Shown in pieces: positions 18,038 to 33,283 of a stretch of DNA of 64,000 nucleotides (position 1 is its first letter; every line of letters begins with the position of its first letter). The position numbers and the translations under genes are program-made. This DNA is from Candidatus Eiseniibacteriota bacterium. Lineage in GTDB: Bacteria > Eisenbacteria > RBG-16-71-46 > CAIMUX01 > VGJL01. The DNA lies in NCBI GenBank assembly GCA_963792585.1, contig CAWBWI010000001.1, positions 1,600,001 to 1,664,000 on the forward strand. The letters are read 5' to 3'. The notes below the pieces were generated by a model, which saw only the letters and a list, made by a program, of their open reading frames with translations, was not told where the DNA came from and ran no database searches.

Positions 18038-19617
18038 CACCCGGCCACCATGATCAGTGTGGCAACCGCCGTCATCAGGGTGATCAGGACGCTGATCAGG
18101 ATGGTGGTTCGCAATACTTTCCCCTCCTCGCCGATCCGGTCGATGATCGCCGCGGCGTTCTGCAGCTTCGCGGGCGAGATCACCGATGCCAAGCCTCCGC
18201 CGACTCCCCCGGCCGCGGCCAGGAGCAAGCCGACCGTGATCGGCTTGCCGAGCGCGGCGGCCGTCTCCGTGTGAAAGCGCGAGAGCATGGCGATAGCGCT
18301 GGTCTCCGATCCCGAGATGAATCCTGCGAGCAGCCCCAGGTACGGGGCCGCGAGTCCGTATGCGGGCCCGAAGGTCGCCGCGGCGGCCGCCGCCACCACG
18401 TGGATCATGTTCCGCGAGGCATCGGCAAGCTGCCACGCTGCGTTCTTTCCCGAATGGTCGATGACGAGGGCGATCGCGAAGTATATCGCCGCAGCGAGCA
18501 TCGGACGCGGCGCGCGCTTCGCCGTCTTCGAGAGGATCGTCCTCCACCCGGCCGCCGATGGTCTCAGAAAGGCCACGGCGACGATCGTCGAGACGAGCAC
18601 CCATGTGTATGCCTGCCAGAGGAAGCGCGTCGCCGTGGGCCGACCGGGGATGATCGGGATTGCCATCGGGAGCTTCTCGAAGAGCAGGTGGAAGAAGGGA
18701 AGCGCCTTGAGATTGACCAACGTGGCGAAGATGAGGAGAAAGATCCAGGGGCTCACCGCGCGCGCGAGTCCAAGTCCCGTCTTGATCCGCCGATCCTCAT
18801 CGGTCAACCCCGCCTCACCGTAGACCGGCCGGCGGCGGACGACCAGAACGAGCGCGATCACCAGGATGATCGCGGCCCCCGCGACGATCCCCGTCAGCGG
18901 CACGAGGTCGGCTGCGGCCATCAGATAGCAGCCGAGCCCGGCCACGGCTCCGGTCAAGAGCGCGGGGACGAGGCCGCGCAAGACCATCCGCCACCGTCCC
19001 ACGATCCAGAGCATCCCGAGGGCGATCCCGGTCGTCACGAAGGGAATGAACCGGGCGAAGAGCATCCCGGAATCCCGCAGCGTGAGCGTCATCCCCGCCG
19101 CCTTCGCGATCGGACCCAGCACGTCCGTGAAGACCACGGCCGGAATGGCAAGCAACGCGTAGGTGCAAAGCGAGTCGTAGCCGATCGCCGGGAGAGCGAT
19201 CGAGACGAAACTCGAGTAGCCGAGCGCCATCATGATCGGCGGCAGGATCGAGACGGGCGTGGCGCCGAGCGCGGTGACCAGCGTCCCGAAACCGACGTTG
19301 ATCATGAGGATCTGCGCGATCCGGTCCTCGGGCGAGACCGCCTTCATGGCAACGACGATCCGCCGCACCGCGCCCGTCTCCATCATGAAGGTCATCTGGA
19401 AGATGCTCGCCCCCACCATCAGGCTGATCGGGAAGGAGGAGACGATTCCGGCCATCGTCGCCCCCATGACAACCTTCGGCGCGGTGTGGAAGTAGAGGGT
19501 CGCCACGACGACTGTGACGACCCATCCGATCAACCCGGCGACGTCGGCGGCGGTGCGGCGCAGGAGTAGGAGCAGGAAGACCACCAGGACGGGACTTACG
19601 GCCAGAAGAACGCTCAA
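18037..19617 (-). CDS. lctP: L-lactate permease family transporter
   Basis: 526 aa polytopic membrane protein; GFISGSETSA and ISPAKL motifs of the LctP family; GAGGAGG RBS before TTG. Confidence 0.8.
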   Translation of the reverse strand: MSVLLAVSPVLVVFLLLLLRRTAADVAGLIGWVVTVVVATLYFHTAPKVVMGATMAGIVSSFPISLMVGASIFQMTFMMETGAVRRIVVAMKAVSPEDRIAQILMINVGFGTLVTALGATPVSILPPIMMALGYSSFVSIALPAIGYDSLCTYALLAIPAVVFTDVLGPIAKAAGMTLTLRDSGMLFARFIPFVTTGIALGMLWIVGRWRMVLRGLVPALLTGAVAGLGCYLMAAADLVPLTGIVAGAAIILVIALVLVVRRRPVYGEAGLTDEDRRIKTGLGLARAVSPWIFLLIFATLVNLKALPFFHLLFEKLPMAIPIIPGRPTATRFLWQAYTWVLVSTIVAVAFLRPSAAGWRTILSKTAKRAPRPMLAAAIYFAIALVIDHSGKNAAWQLADASRNMIHVVAAAAAATFGPAYGLAAPYLGLLAGFISGSETSAIAMLSRFHTETAAALGKPITVGLLLAAAGGVGGGLASVISPAKLQNAAAIIDRIGEEGKVLRTTILISVLITLMTAVATLIMVAG

Positions 19618-19670
19618 CTACATCCTCCTCTCGCCCCTCGGCCTCGAGGGGGAGGACCGGCCTCTCCCCA

Positions 19671-20933
19671 CTAGAACCTCGCGGTGACCTGCCAGCGTGC
19701 GTACCAAGCCTTGTTGCTGCAGTCGCAGTAGAAATCACCGGGATCGAACGACTCGCCGAGGATCTGGCCGGTGAGCCCGGCGCCGAGATCCAGGTTCACT
19801 TGCCCCGCAACCAGGATGCCGCGCTCCTTGCCCGTCCCCGTTCCCGTATTCTCGACCGCCAGGAACCGCGTCACCCGCACCGCGATGCGGGCCCGCGAGA
19901 CGGGGACGACACGCCCCTCGATCCAGAGGGCGTTCATGTTCGTCCAGGTGCCGACGTCGTCGAGGGGGATGCGCGTCAACCCGTCCGACACCGTGTAGAC
20001 AAATCCCTCGGAGTACTTGGGCCAGTCGGAGTAGAAGCCGTCCCAGCCTTCGAAGCGTTCGGTCTTCGGATCGTCCCCGGAGAGATAGACGTTACCCACC
20101 TCGATCCCCAGGCGATGGGCTTCGTCCACGGTATAGCCGGCGCGGGCGTATCCCCCGAAGGCGCGTTCGGAGACTTCACCAAAATCCCCCACCTGGTATG
20201 CCCCCTCGGCGGCAACGTGAAACCCGGTGTCAGGGAGGCGCGCGAGGCGACCGCCGATCGCGGTCGTCTTGCGTTTGGGGTGGATGATCTCGGGAAGGCT
20301 GAGCCCCGGCCCGAGGGCGACCGAGGCCCGCTGATTCCGGTGGAGAATGTACAGTTCCCCCGGGTCCCGTTTGGCATAGAGCCCGTGGAAGTCCTCATCG
20401 TTCGATCCCGGCGCGAATCCGGTCTCGGCGATCTTGGACATGAAGAGATCGAACTTGGCTTTCGACGTCTCATCGCTCCAGGTTGCCACGCCCGCGTCGA
20501 AGAAGGCGGTCGAGGACCCATCCGCGGGGGTGCCGTCGAAGACGAGGAATCCTTCGCCGTACTGCAGGTCCTGACGCCCGAAGCGGACGCTCAGCCCTTC
20601 GGCGATGCGGATGTCGGCCCACGCGTTGTCGATGCCCATCTTGACCTCGGCATCGCGCGTCCCGGAGACCTTCTCGCCCCGTCCCCAGCGGTACTCATCT
20701 GTCAGACGGAAGAACACGCGGACGCCGTCGCGCGGCTTCCCGTCGATCCAGAGCCGAGGTCGCAGCCGATAGAATGTGAAGTTGTCGGAACGACTATCGG
20801 TCAGATCGAGTACGTTGTCGAACCCCTCGCCGCGCACGCGAAGGTCCCCACCGACAAGGACCTTCGAATCTTCCGCCTGCGCAATCGTCGCGAGAAGGAG
20901 CATGGCAAGGCCCAACCCAAGCCGTCCGCGCAT
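19671..20933 (-). CDS. Outer-membrane beta-barrel porin (alginate export/AlgE-like family)
   Basis: Signal peptide, GGDLRVRGE, RFGRQDLQYGEG, YLSGDDP, terminal WQVTARF. Start could be 20977. Confidence 0.75.
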   Translation of the reverse strand: MRGRLGLGLAMLLLATIAQAEDSKVLVGGDLRVRGEGFDNVLDLTDSRSDNFTFYRLRPRLWIDGKPRDGVRVFFRLTDEYRWGRGEKVSGTRDAEVKMGIDNAWADIRIAEGLSVRFGRQDLQYGEGFLVFDGTPADGSSTAFFDAGVATWSDETSKAKFDLFMSKIAETGFAPGSNDEDFHGLYAKRDPGELYILHRNQRASVALGPGLSLPEIIHPKRKTTAIGGRLARLPDTGFHVAAEGAYQVGDFGEVSERAFGGYARAGYTVDEAHRLGIEVGNVYLSGDDPKTERFEGWDGFYSDWPKYSEGFVYTVSDGLTRIPLDDVGTWTNMNALWIEGRVVPVSRARIAVRVTRFLAVENTGTGTGKERGILVAGQVNLDLGAGLTGQILGESFDPGDFYCDCSNKAWYARWQVTARF

Positions 20934-20982
20934 GACGCCCCCCATGGCCCGGGCGCTGGACGCGCCCGCCGCCGTCATCCCA

Positions 20983-24741
<3,759 letters not shown>

Positions 24742-24774
24742 TGTCCGTCCACCTCTCCCCTTGTCCCCTCGGCC

Positions 24775-26552
<1,778 letters not shown>

Positions 26553-26556
<4 letters not shown>

Positions 26557-27040
26557 TGATGCAGCCACCTCTTCACCGGTCTTGCGGTACATCCGCAGGA
26601 TCTTCTTCAGATCCGCCGGCTTCAGGTTCCCGTGCGTCGTCGCTGTTGACCATGATGACCGGCGCCAGACTGCAGCATCCGAGACAGGAGACCGTCTCCA
26701 GGGTGAAGAGCTTGTCGGGCGTCGTCTCGCCGTTGCCGATCTTCGAGATGCGTCCTCGAGCGCCTTGGAGATCGCGTTCGCGCCGCTCACGTGGCAGGCG
26801 GTTCCGTGGCAGACGCGGACGATGTTCTTGCCGACCGGATGGAGGCGGAACTGGGAGTAGAAGGTCGCCACGCCGTAGATCTGCGCGAGCGGGATCCCGT
26901 GCTTCTTGTGGATCTCGAGGATCCGCTCCCGGCTGATGTAGCCGTCCTCCTCCTGCGCCTTCTGGAGAGCGGGGATCAGGACCCCGCGCTCGCCCTGCGT
27001 AGTGCAGGTTCTTGAAGTCGAACTTGCGGTGCGCTTCCAT
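26553..27040 (-). CDS. HydC/NuoE-like [2Fe-2S] subunit (StnA/BfuC-like); apparent frameshifts
   Basis: [48 protein letters not shown]. Confidence 0.88.
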
Positions 27041-27116
27041 CGATACACTCCTCGCGCGGTTTTCGGAAACGGCCGTTATCTGCACCCCGCCAAGACGCCC
27101 ACGCCCGCGCGGCGGG

Positions 27117-27519
27117 CTAGTCGTACGGGGTTTCGAACATCTTGTTCATGAGGCTCATCATCTGGTCGATGTCGCCGACGCCGCCCAGCGCGTGCCCCTT
27201 GCAGCCGCGGCGCGAGCAGAACTCGACGTAGCCGCCCTGCTTCAGATTCAGCGAGGCCATCGGCGCCCCGCAGAGCTTGCAGGCCAGCGGCAGCATGATG
27301 CTCGCGTCGCACTTCGGGCAGCGGAACTCGACGACCGCTCCCTCCGGGATGTCGAGGTCGGATCTCCAGGCTGTAGTCGCCGAAGACCGCGCTCAGATAG
27401 ATCTCGCCGTCCCGGTGGGCGTCCTTCAGGTTTCCGTCGAGGTGGACCCGCGTCCCCTCGGTCAACAGCTCGCCGCATTGGGGGCAGCTGAGCTGGAGGA
27501 CCAGCATGTGCTTGCTCAT
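27117..27519 (-). CDS. Cys-rich hypothetical metal-binding protein; one apparent frameshift
   Basis: [26 protein letters not shown], then in a shifted frame [42 protein letters not shown]. Confidence 0.72.
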
Positions 27520-28814
27520 TGGCCCCTTCCTTCAAGGCTGGATTGATCCTTCTGCAGTTGATCGATTTTGACGAAGACACAACGTTCCAGCGTCGCCTCA
27601 CCGCGGACGATGTCCTCGGCGAGCGTCGCGCAATCCGGGGCGCCGCAGGCGGCGCAGTCTTTTCCGGGAAGCCGGCCGCGGATCGATTCCTCCTCCCGCT
27701 TTCGCTGGATCGCCTCGCGCAGGTCGCGCGTCGGGCGGCGGAAGGCGCGGGCGGTGATGTCCGCTTCCAGGTCGAAGAAGTGCTCGCGCAGGAGGGAACG
27801 GACCTGCTCCTCCTTCACCGACGGTTGATCGCCGAGGCGGTCGACGATCGCGGTGATATTACGCTGGGCGCCGTAGCGTCCCTCGATCACGAGCTGCCCG
27901 CTGACGCAACCGTCGGGGCAGATGTAGGCTTCGATGAAGTCGACGCTCTGGAACTTCCCGGCCTCGATGTGGTCGAAGACGAACTGGATGTCCCGTACGC
28001 CGCGCACCGCCATCGTGTTCTTGTTCCGCATGCCTGCGATCTCGCCGCCGGACATCGCCCACAGGAGCCCTCGGGAGCTTATCCGCCCGGTCGGCTCGAC
28101 GGGCCCCAGGCTCTTGATCGCGTGCAGCAGCGGCCCGTAGATCTCGGAAATCGAGATCGCGCCGTCCAGGTACGACTGCTCCATCCCAACGGGATCGACG
28201 ATCGAGTTCATGATCGCGCTGCACGGGGTGATGAAGAAGAGGCCGATCTCGTCGGGCGCGAGACCGCGTTCGCTCGCGAGCTTACGACGCAGGAGCTTTG
28301 CCGCCAGTTCGCGGGCGACCTCGACCGGGACCAAGTTGTCGATCAGGTCGGGGTAGCGGATCTGCACGAGGCGCACGATCGCGGGACAGGTGACCGAGAT
28401 CTTCGGCCACGGCCCGTCGCACTCGGACAGGAAGGCGTCGGTGGCACCGGCCAGCATCTCGCACATCCATGAGATGTCGTAGGTGTCGTCGAAACCGATC
28501 GTGCTTGAGCGCGTGCCAGCACCTGCTCCGGATGAACGTCCCGGCCGAACTGGGCGTAGAGCGTCAGGGAGGGTAGGGCGACGGTGTACTTGAAACGCTT
28601 GAGGTCCGAGGACGAGGAGGTCTTCGCGCGCACCGCCTCGAACCGGCAGGCGCGGATGCAGGCTGCCGCAGTCGATGCAGAGATCGCCGTTGACGACCGC
28701 GCGTCCGTCGCGGCACCCGGATCGCCTTCGTCGGACACGCCTTGCTGCAGTCGACGCAGCCGACGCAGTCGGCCTCCGACGATCAGGATCGAGTGGGATC
28801 GCGGGCGTCATCAA
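27516..28814 (-). CDS. [FeFe]-hydrogenase-like Fe-S protein (HfsB/Nar1-like fold) with C-terminal putative Fe-S domain; frameshifted near the 5' end
   Basis: N-terminal ferredoxin Cys motifs (LCIDCG); SVTCPA, ITPCSAI, EAYICPDGCVSG; C-terminal LPGKDCAACGAPDC..C. Confidence 0.8.
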   Translation of the reverse strand: MMTPAIPLDPDRRRPTASAASTAARRVRRRRSGCRDGRAVVNGDLCIDCGSLHPRLPVRGGAREDLLVLGPQAFQVHRRPTLPDALRPVRPGRSSGAGAGTRSSTIGFDDTYDISWMCEMLAGATDAFLSECDGPWPKISVTCPAIVRLVQIRYPDLIDNLVPVEVARELAAKLLRRKLASERGLAPDEIGLFFITPCSAIMNSIVDPVGMEQSYLDGAISISEIYGPLLHAIKSLGPVEPTGRISSRGLLWAMSGGEIAGMRNKNTMAVRGVRDIQFVFDHIEAGKFQSVDFIEAYICPDGCVSGQLVIEGRYGAQRNITAIVDRLGDQPSVKEEQVRSLLREHFFDLEADITARAFRRPTRDLREAIQRKREEESIRGRLPGKDCAACGAPDCATLAEDIVRGEATLERCVFVKIDQLQKDQSSLEGRGQ

Positions 28815-28830
28815 TTGCCGGTCCTGCCTT

Positions 28831-29265
28831 CTAGCTCAAGAAGACGGCGTAGCGGAGCGTGGTGCCTACGCCGACCGTCCGAGTCGATTTCGAACTCGTC
28901 GCTGTTGCGCTTGATGTTCGGCAAGCCCAAGACCTGCTCCGAAGCCGCGCTGCCCGCATCTCGGGAGTCGCCGTCGAGTAGCCTTCCTGCATCGCCAGGT
29001 CGATGTCCGGAATTCCCTGCCCGCGGTCGGTCAATGATCACCCGCACCGCATCGGCGAGGACCTGCAGTTCCAGCTCCGCCTCGTCGCGCGTACATGATC
29101 ACGTTCATCTCCGCCTCGAAGTTCGCGATCGAGAGCCGACGGATCGCGTCGGAGGAGATGCCGAGCTCCTTGAGGATCGCCTTGACGCGCGCCGCGACCT
29201 CGCCGCCGCGCTCGAAGTCGTCGCCTTGTGATCTTGAACTTCTCCGAGTAGAGGATCTCGCTCAT
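28831..29265 (-). CDS. RsbT-like Ser/Thr kinase (anti-sigma regulatory factor, GHKL ATPase); apparent frameshifts
   Basis: MSEILYSEKF, EAEMNVIMYA, DRGQGIPDIDLAMQEGYSTA, GLPNIKRNSDEFEIDS, VGVGTT. Confidence 0.85.
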
Positions 29266-29282
29266 CGTCCTCCGCGGGCCGC

Positions 29283-29642
29283 TCATTCCTTGCTGGACGG
29301 AAGCAGCCCCTTGCCGTACAGGACTGGCCGCACGCTTCGAACATCGTCGAGCTTCGTCGTCAGCAGCGGGATGCCCCGCTCGCCCGCGAGGTCGATGACC
29401 GGCTGGCGGCGGCCGCTTGCCGTTCACGTAGAGGATCGGCGCTCAAGTCGGCGACATCGGCCGTGTGCACCGACTGTATGTTCGTCAGCCCGGTCAGCAG
29501 GAGCGCGCCCGGCTCCGCAGAAGGCGAGCACCTCGCTCATCAGGTCCGCCGCGAAGCACGAGGCGACCTCGAGCGACGGACAGATGGTCGTCTCGTCGAT
29601 CGCCTCGCAGCCCAGAAGCTCGATCACATCGGTCAGGAGCAT
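29283..29642 (-). CDS. DRTGG-domain protein; apparent frameshifts
   Basis: MLLTDVIELLGC..FAADLMSEVLAF; shifted frames give LLTGLTNIQSVHTA and MFEACG. Confidence 0.8.
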
Positions 29643-29675
29643 TGCCGGCTTCGGGCCCGATAGGCCCGCGCGGAC

Positions 29676-30007
29676 CTAGCGGATCCCCGCCTCGTACAGC
29701 CCGCGTCGCCACCTGCCAGCGGTTCAGATTCGTCGAGAAGATCGTGATCTCCGCCTTCTCCGCCATCTTCACGACGTCTTCGGTCGGCAGTCTTCCCCTG
29801 CGTGACGATGATCCCGCAGATGTCGACGAGGTTCGCGGCGGCGATCACGTTGTTGTGGATCTGCACCGTGACGAGGAGGTTCCCGGCCTTCGCGTTGGCG
29901 ATGACGTCGCTGACCATGTCGGAGATGTAGACCCCGGTGACGTCCCGCTCGAAGACCTTCGTGACGCCCTTCAGTTCCAGCTTCTCGGCGAGTTCCTGCA
30001 GTTTCAT
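29676..30007 (-). CDS. DRTGG-domain protein; apparent frameshifts
   Basis: AGGAGGAG RBS; MKLQELAEKLEL..TGVYISDMVSDVIANA..LLVTVQIHNNVIAAA..AEKAEITIFST. Confidence 0.82.
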
Positions 30008-30034
30008 TCGATTCGATCTCCTCCTGGTTGCGGT

Positions 30035-30577
30035 TCAGCCAGCCTCTTCCATCGACGTCAGACCGAAGTCGATCATGATCTCACCGTACGACACGGCCTT
30101 GTACAGGCCGAACAAGTCGGGCAGGATCAGGATCTTCTTGTCCGCGGCTTCGCAGCCGCTCGTTGAAGGTCGCGTTGAGAATCGTGATCTTCTCCGGAGC
30201 AGATGTTGATCCGCGATCCGTCCGGCGCCTCGTAGGTGATCGCGATGTAGATCGAGATCCGGTTCTCGTGGGCGATCTCCCCGATCCGGTGGATGTCGCT
30301 GTCCGGGTTCGTGCACGCCGTAGTAGAGCAGCCCCAGCAGCTCGCGGAAGTGGATGATCTCGCCCGTCTCGTCGTCGCGGATGTCGAACTGGAACGACTG
30401 CGCCATGCCCGAGTACTTCCAGATGTGGTTGCCCTCGCGGTACTCCTCCTTGGGCGGCACCGGTTCGGCCGAGAAGTACGACCGCACGTTGCGACTGAAG
30501 AGATCCCGCTCGACGATCACATAGCCGGGCTGGACATTGACCATCTCGTAACGGTGCTTCGCGGATTCGCTCATCAT
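30035..30577 (-). CDS. Hypothetical protein, first gene of the redox cluster; internal compensating frameshifts
   Basis: MMSESAKHRYEMVNVQPGY...FRELLGLLYY...KKILILPDLFGLYK; coding-like GC3 bias; family not recognised. Confidence 0.6.
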   Translation of the reverse strand: MMSESAKHRYEMVNVQPGYVIVERDLFSRNVRSYFSAEPVPPKEEYREGNHIWKYSGMAQSFQFDIRDDETGEIIHFRELLGLLYYGVHEPGQRHPPDRGDRPREPDLDLHRDHLRGAGRIADQHLLRRRSRFSTRPSTSGCEAADKKILILPDLFGLYKAVSYGEIMIDFGLTSMEEAG

Positions 30578-30707
30578 GCTCCGCCCCCCGAGGTCTCGGC
30601 CTCGCGACACAGATCTCCCTGCGGCGGGTCCTGTGGGTTCTGGAGAGGTAACGACTTGTAGCTCATAGAGTTTGACGCCCGTCACCCACCCATCACCATC
30701 CTCTGGA

Positions 30708-30737
30708 AGCCTAACACCCACGCGCACGCGCCCGCAA
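30708..30737 (-). promoter_or_regulatory. Candidate sigma70 promoter of the redox cluster
   Basis: Minus strand TTGCGG-N18-TAGGCT with TG extension, next to an AT-rich tract at 30745-30790. Confidence 0.35.
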
Positions 30738-30807
30738 TCCGGGAATCACTTCTTTTGCCATTAGTTAGCGTGATATATAAGTGAAACTGGAACACCCCCG
30801 CGGCCCG

Positions 30808-31179
30808 TCATCCACCGTTCCTATCGGCAGGGCGGGAGCGCAGCCGCACAACGGTTGCGCCCCAGCCCGAAGCGTCGAGCGCATCGCCAAAGGTCACCAC
30901 GGCGGGGTGCTTCTCCAGGATGCCGCGGACGATGGACCGCTGCACGCCGATCCCCTTGCCGTGGACGATCCGGACCTGCTCGATCCCCTCCCGAACGGCC
31001 TCGTCCAGGAACTCGACGACCACGGAGGCGACTTCCTGGGGGCGGAAGCTGTGCAGATCGAGGGTGTCCGAGGGACCGAGGACGATCACCTCTTCAAGGG
31101 AAGGATCGGGGATCCCTGCGGTTGTCGGCGGGGCCGCGCCGCGGCCGAAGATCCCGCGCAGCCAATGAAGGAATCCCAT
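30808..31179 (-). CDS. Smr/MutS2 C-terminal domain protein
   Basis: TLDLHSF, VRIVHGKGIGVQR, GWGATVV. Confidence 0.9.
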   Translation of the reverse strand: MGFLHWLRGIFGRGAAPPTTAGIPDPSLEEVIVLGPSDTLDLHSFRPQEVASVVVEFLDEAVREGIEQVRIVHGKGIGVQRSIVRGILEKHPAVVTFGDALDASGWGATVVRLRSRPADRNGG

Positions 31180-32435
31180 CAAGCCCCCAGCAGAAGCAGC
31201 ACCAGGAGTCCCCAGAGCGTCGTCGCGATCGTCACCGGAATACCGATCTTGAGGTAGGTCCAGAAGCCGAGGCGGACCTCCTTGCCCGCCGCCTCGATCA
31301 CGATCAGGTTGGCGACTGAGCCCAGAAGCGTCAGGTTGCCTGCGAACGTGGTGGCCATGGCGAGAACCCGCCACTGCAATAGCGGATTCTCAAGGGTCCC
31401 GATCCAGGGTCTGGCGACCAGGATGAAGGGGACGTTCGAGACGATGTTGCTGCCGAGGACCGCGAGCCCCGTGAACACGACCGCCTGCCGGCGCGCCGTC
31501 TCCCCGAGATAGGGCCGGAATGCGTTGTACATCCACTCGGCCGCCCCCGCGCGGACAACCCCTTCGACGAGCACGAAGAGGGCCGCGAAGAACAGAAGCA
31601 GCGTCCAGTCGACGCGCGCGAAGAGATGCCGCGGCGGGACCCGCGCCGAGACGAGCAGGGCGCAGGCGCCGGCCAGGGCGGCAAAGGAGAGGCGGGCGCC
31701 CGCCAGGAACGCGATGACGACCCCGAGGAGGACGATCAGCGTCCACCGCAGAAGGCCGAGGCGCAACCTGGGCTCCCGCGCAGGCGCGGGACGCGCCGCC
31801 GCCGCGCTCCGGAGTCGGCGCGCAAAGAAGAGGTGGAGGATCCCCGAGACGATGGCCAGACCTCCGATCGCCACCGGCGCGAGGTGGAGGAGGAAGATCC
31901 GATACCGATCGCCGGAGAGCGCGCCGATCAGCATATTCTGGGGGTTTCCACTCAGGGTCGCGACGCTCCCGACGTTCGCGCCCATGCAGAGTCCGAAGAG
32001 ATAGGGCAAGAGCGGGTAGCCGGCGCGCCGCGCCGAGAGGAGAACGAGGGGCGTGAGGAGCAGGCAGACCGTGTCGTTCACGAGGAACGCCGAGAGGAGT
32101 CCCGAGGCCCAGATGAGCGCGTGGAGGAGCGGGACCGGGCCGCCGCAGCGACGAATCACTTTCTCGGCGGTCCATTCGAAGAAGCCGGCGGTGTCGAGAT
32201 AGGCGGTCACGATCATCATTCCGAGGAGCAGGACGATGGTATTCGGCTCGATCGCGGTCCAAGCCTCCTGGGGGGTGAGGACGCCCGCCAGCACCATCGC
32301 AAACGCGCCGACGAGCGCGCCCGCGGGACGCCCCAGCGGCAGGAGCCTGAGCTTGGGCGCGGTGATGACGATGTAGGCGGCCAGGAAGATCAGAACCGCG
32401 ACCCAAGGGGGCGCGCCATTGCTGGCTGTCGGCAT
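31179..32435 (-). CDS. ArsB/NhaD/SLC13-type anion transporter (YbiR-like)
   Basis: SAFLVNDT, ANVGSVATLSGNPQN, VDWTLLLFF, SNIVSNVP, TTFAGNLTLLGSVANLIV. Confidence 0.9.
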   Translation of the reverse strand: MPTASNGAPPWVAVLIFLAAYIVITAPKLRLLPLGRPAGALVGAFAMVLAGVLTPQEAWTAIEPNTIVLLLGMMIVTAYLDTAGFFEWTAEKVIRRCGGPVPLLHALIWASGLLSAFLVNDTVCLLLTPLVLLSARRAGYPLLPYLFGLCMGANVGSVATLSGNPQNMLIGALSGDRYRIFLLHLAPVAIGGLAIVSGILHLFFARRLRSAAAARPAPAREPRLRLGLLRWTLIVLLGVVIAFLAGARLSFAALAGACALLVSARVPPRHLFARVDWTLLLFFAALFVLVEGVVRAGAAEWMYNAFRPYLGETARRQAVVFTGLAVLGSNIVSNVPFILVARPWIGTLENPLLQWRVLAMATTFAGNLTLLGSVANLIVIEAAGKEVRLGFWTYLKIGIPVTIATTLWGLLVLLLLGA

Positions 32436-32494
32436 GGGTGCAAGGATACACCCGGTTGCAGATCGGCGCCTCGGCCGGTAGCTTCTCTTACAAG

Positions 32495-33283
32495 ATGCGC
32501 ATTGGATACGTCCAGAACGACCCCGCCTACGGGGAGCCGGCCGCGAATCTACGTGAGATCGATGCCGCAATGGGTCCGACTCCGGCCGACCTGTGGATCC
32601 TGCCCGAGCTGTTCGCGAGCGGCTACCTCCTCGGCGATCGCGGCGAGGCGGAGCGCCTCGCCGAACCGATTCCCGCCGGTCCCACGACGCAAGGGCTCCT
32701 CCGAATCGCGCGCGAGCGGGGCTGCGCTCTGATCGCGGGCCTGCCGGAACGCGCGGGGTCGATGACGTACAACGCGGCGGTCGCGGTCGATCCGACCGGC
32801 GTGCGAGCGGTCTACCGGAAGATCCACCTGTTCAGCCGGGAGAAGGAATGGTTCGACCCGGGAGACCTGCCCTTTGCGGTGATCGATCTGGCAGGAGCGC
32901 GCGTCGGGATCATGATCTGCTGGGACTGGCGGTTCCCCGAGGCCGCGCGAACCCTCACGCTCGCGGGCGCGCAGCTGATCGCGCACCCTTCGAACCTTGT
33001 GCTGCCGCACTGCCAGGCCGCGATGGTGACCCGGGCGCTGGAGAACCGCGTCTACGTCGCGACGGTCAACCGGATCGGACGCGAGACGCGCGCGGGGTCG
33101 GATCTCGTATTCACGGGGGGTAGCAGGATCGTCTCACCCGAAGGAAGGGTGCTCAGCGATGCGCCCGCCGGCGCGGCAGCGGTGCAGGTGGTCGAGATCG
33201 ACCCTGCGCTCGCGGATGACAAATGGGCGACGCCGCAGAACGATCTCTTCGCGGACCGCCGCCCCTCTTTCTATCGGACCTAG
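32495..33283 (+). CDS. Carbon-nitrogen hydrolase (nitrilase superfamily)
   Basis: E-K-C triad in LPELF, YRKIHLF and ICWDWRFPE; C-terminal DRRP. Confidence 0.92.
   Translation: MRIGYVQNDPAYGEPAANLREIDAAMGPTPADLWILPELFASGYLLGDRGEAERLAEPIPAGPTTQGLLRIARERGCALIAGLPERAGSMTYNAAVAVDPTGVRAVYRKIHLFSREKEWFDPGDLPFAVIDLAGARVGIMICWDWRFPEAARTLTLAGAQLIAHPSNLVLPHCQAAMVTRALENRVYVATVNRIGRETRAGSDLVFTGGSRIVSPEGRVLSDAPAGAAAVQVVEIDPALADDKWATPQNDLFADRRPSFYRT

Noticed and set aside
30745..30790. Rex operator or sigma54 promoter upstream of the redox cluster
   Set aside because: AT-rich, but there is no TTGTGAA-N4-TTCACAA palindrome, and TGGCA lacks a matching -12 GC.
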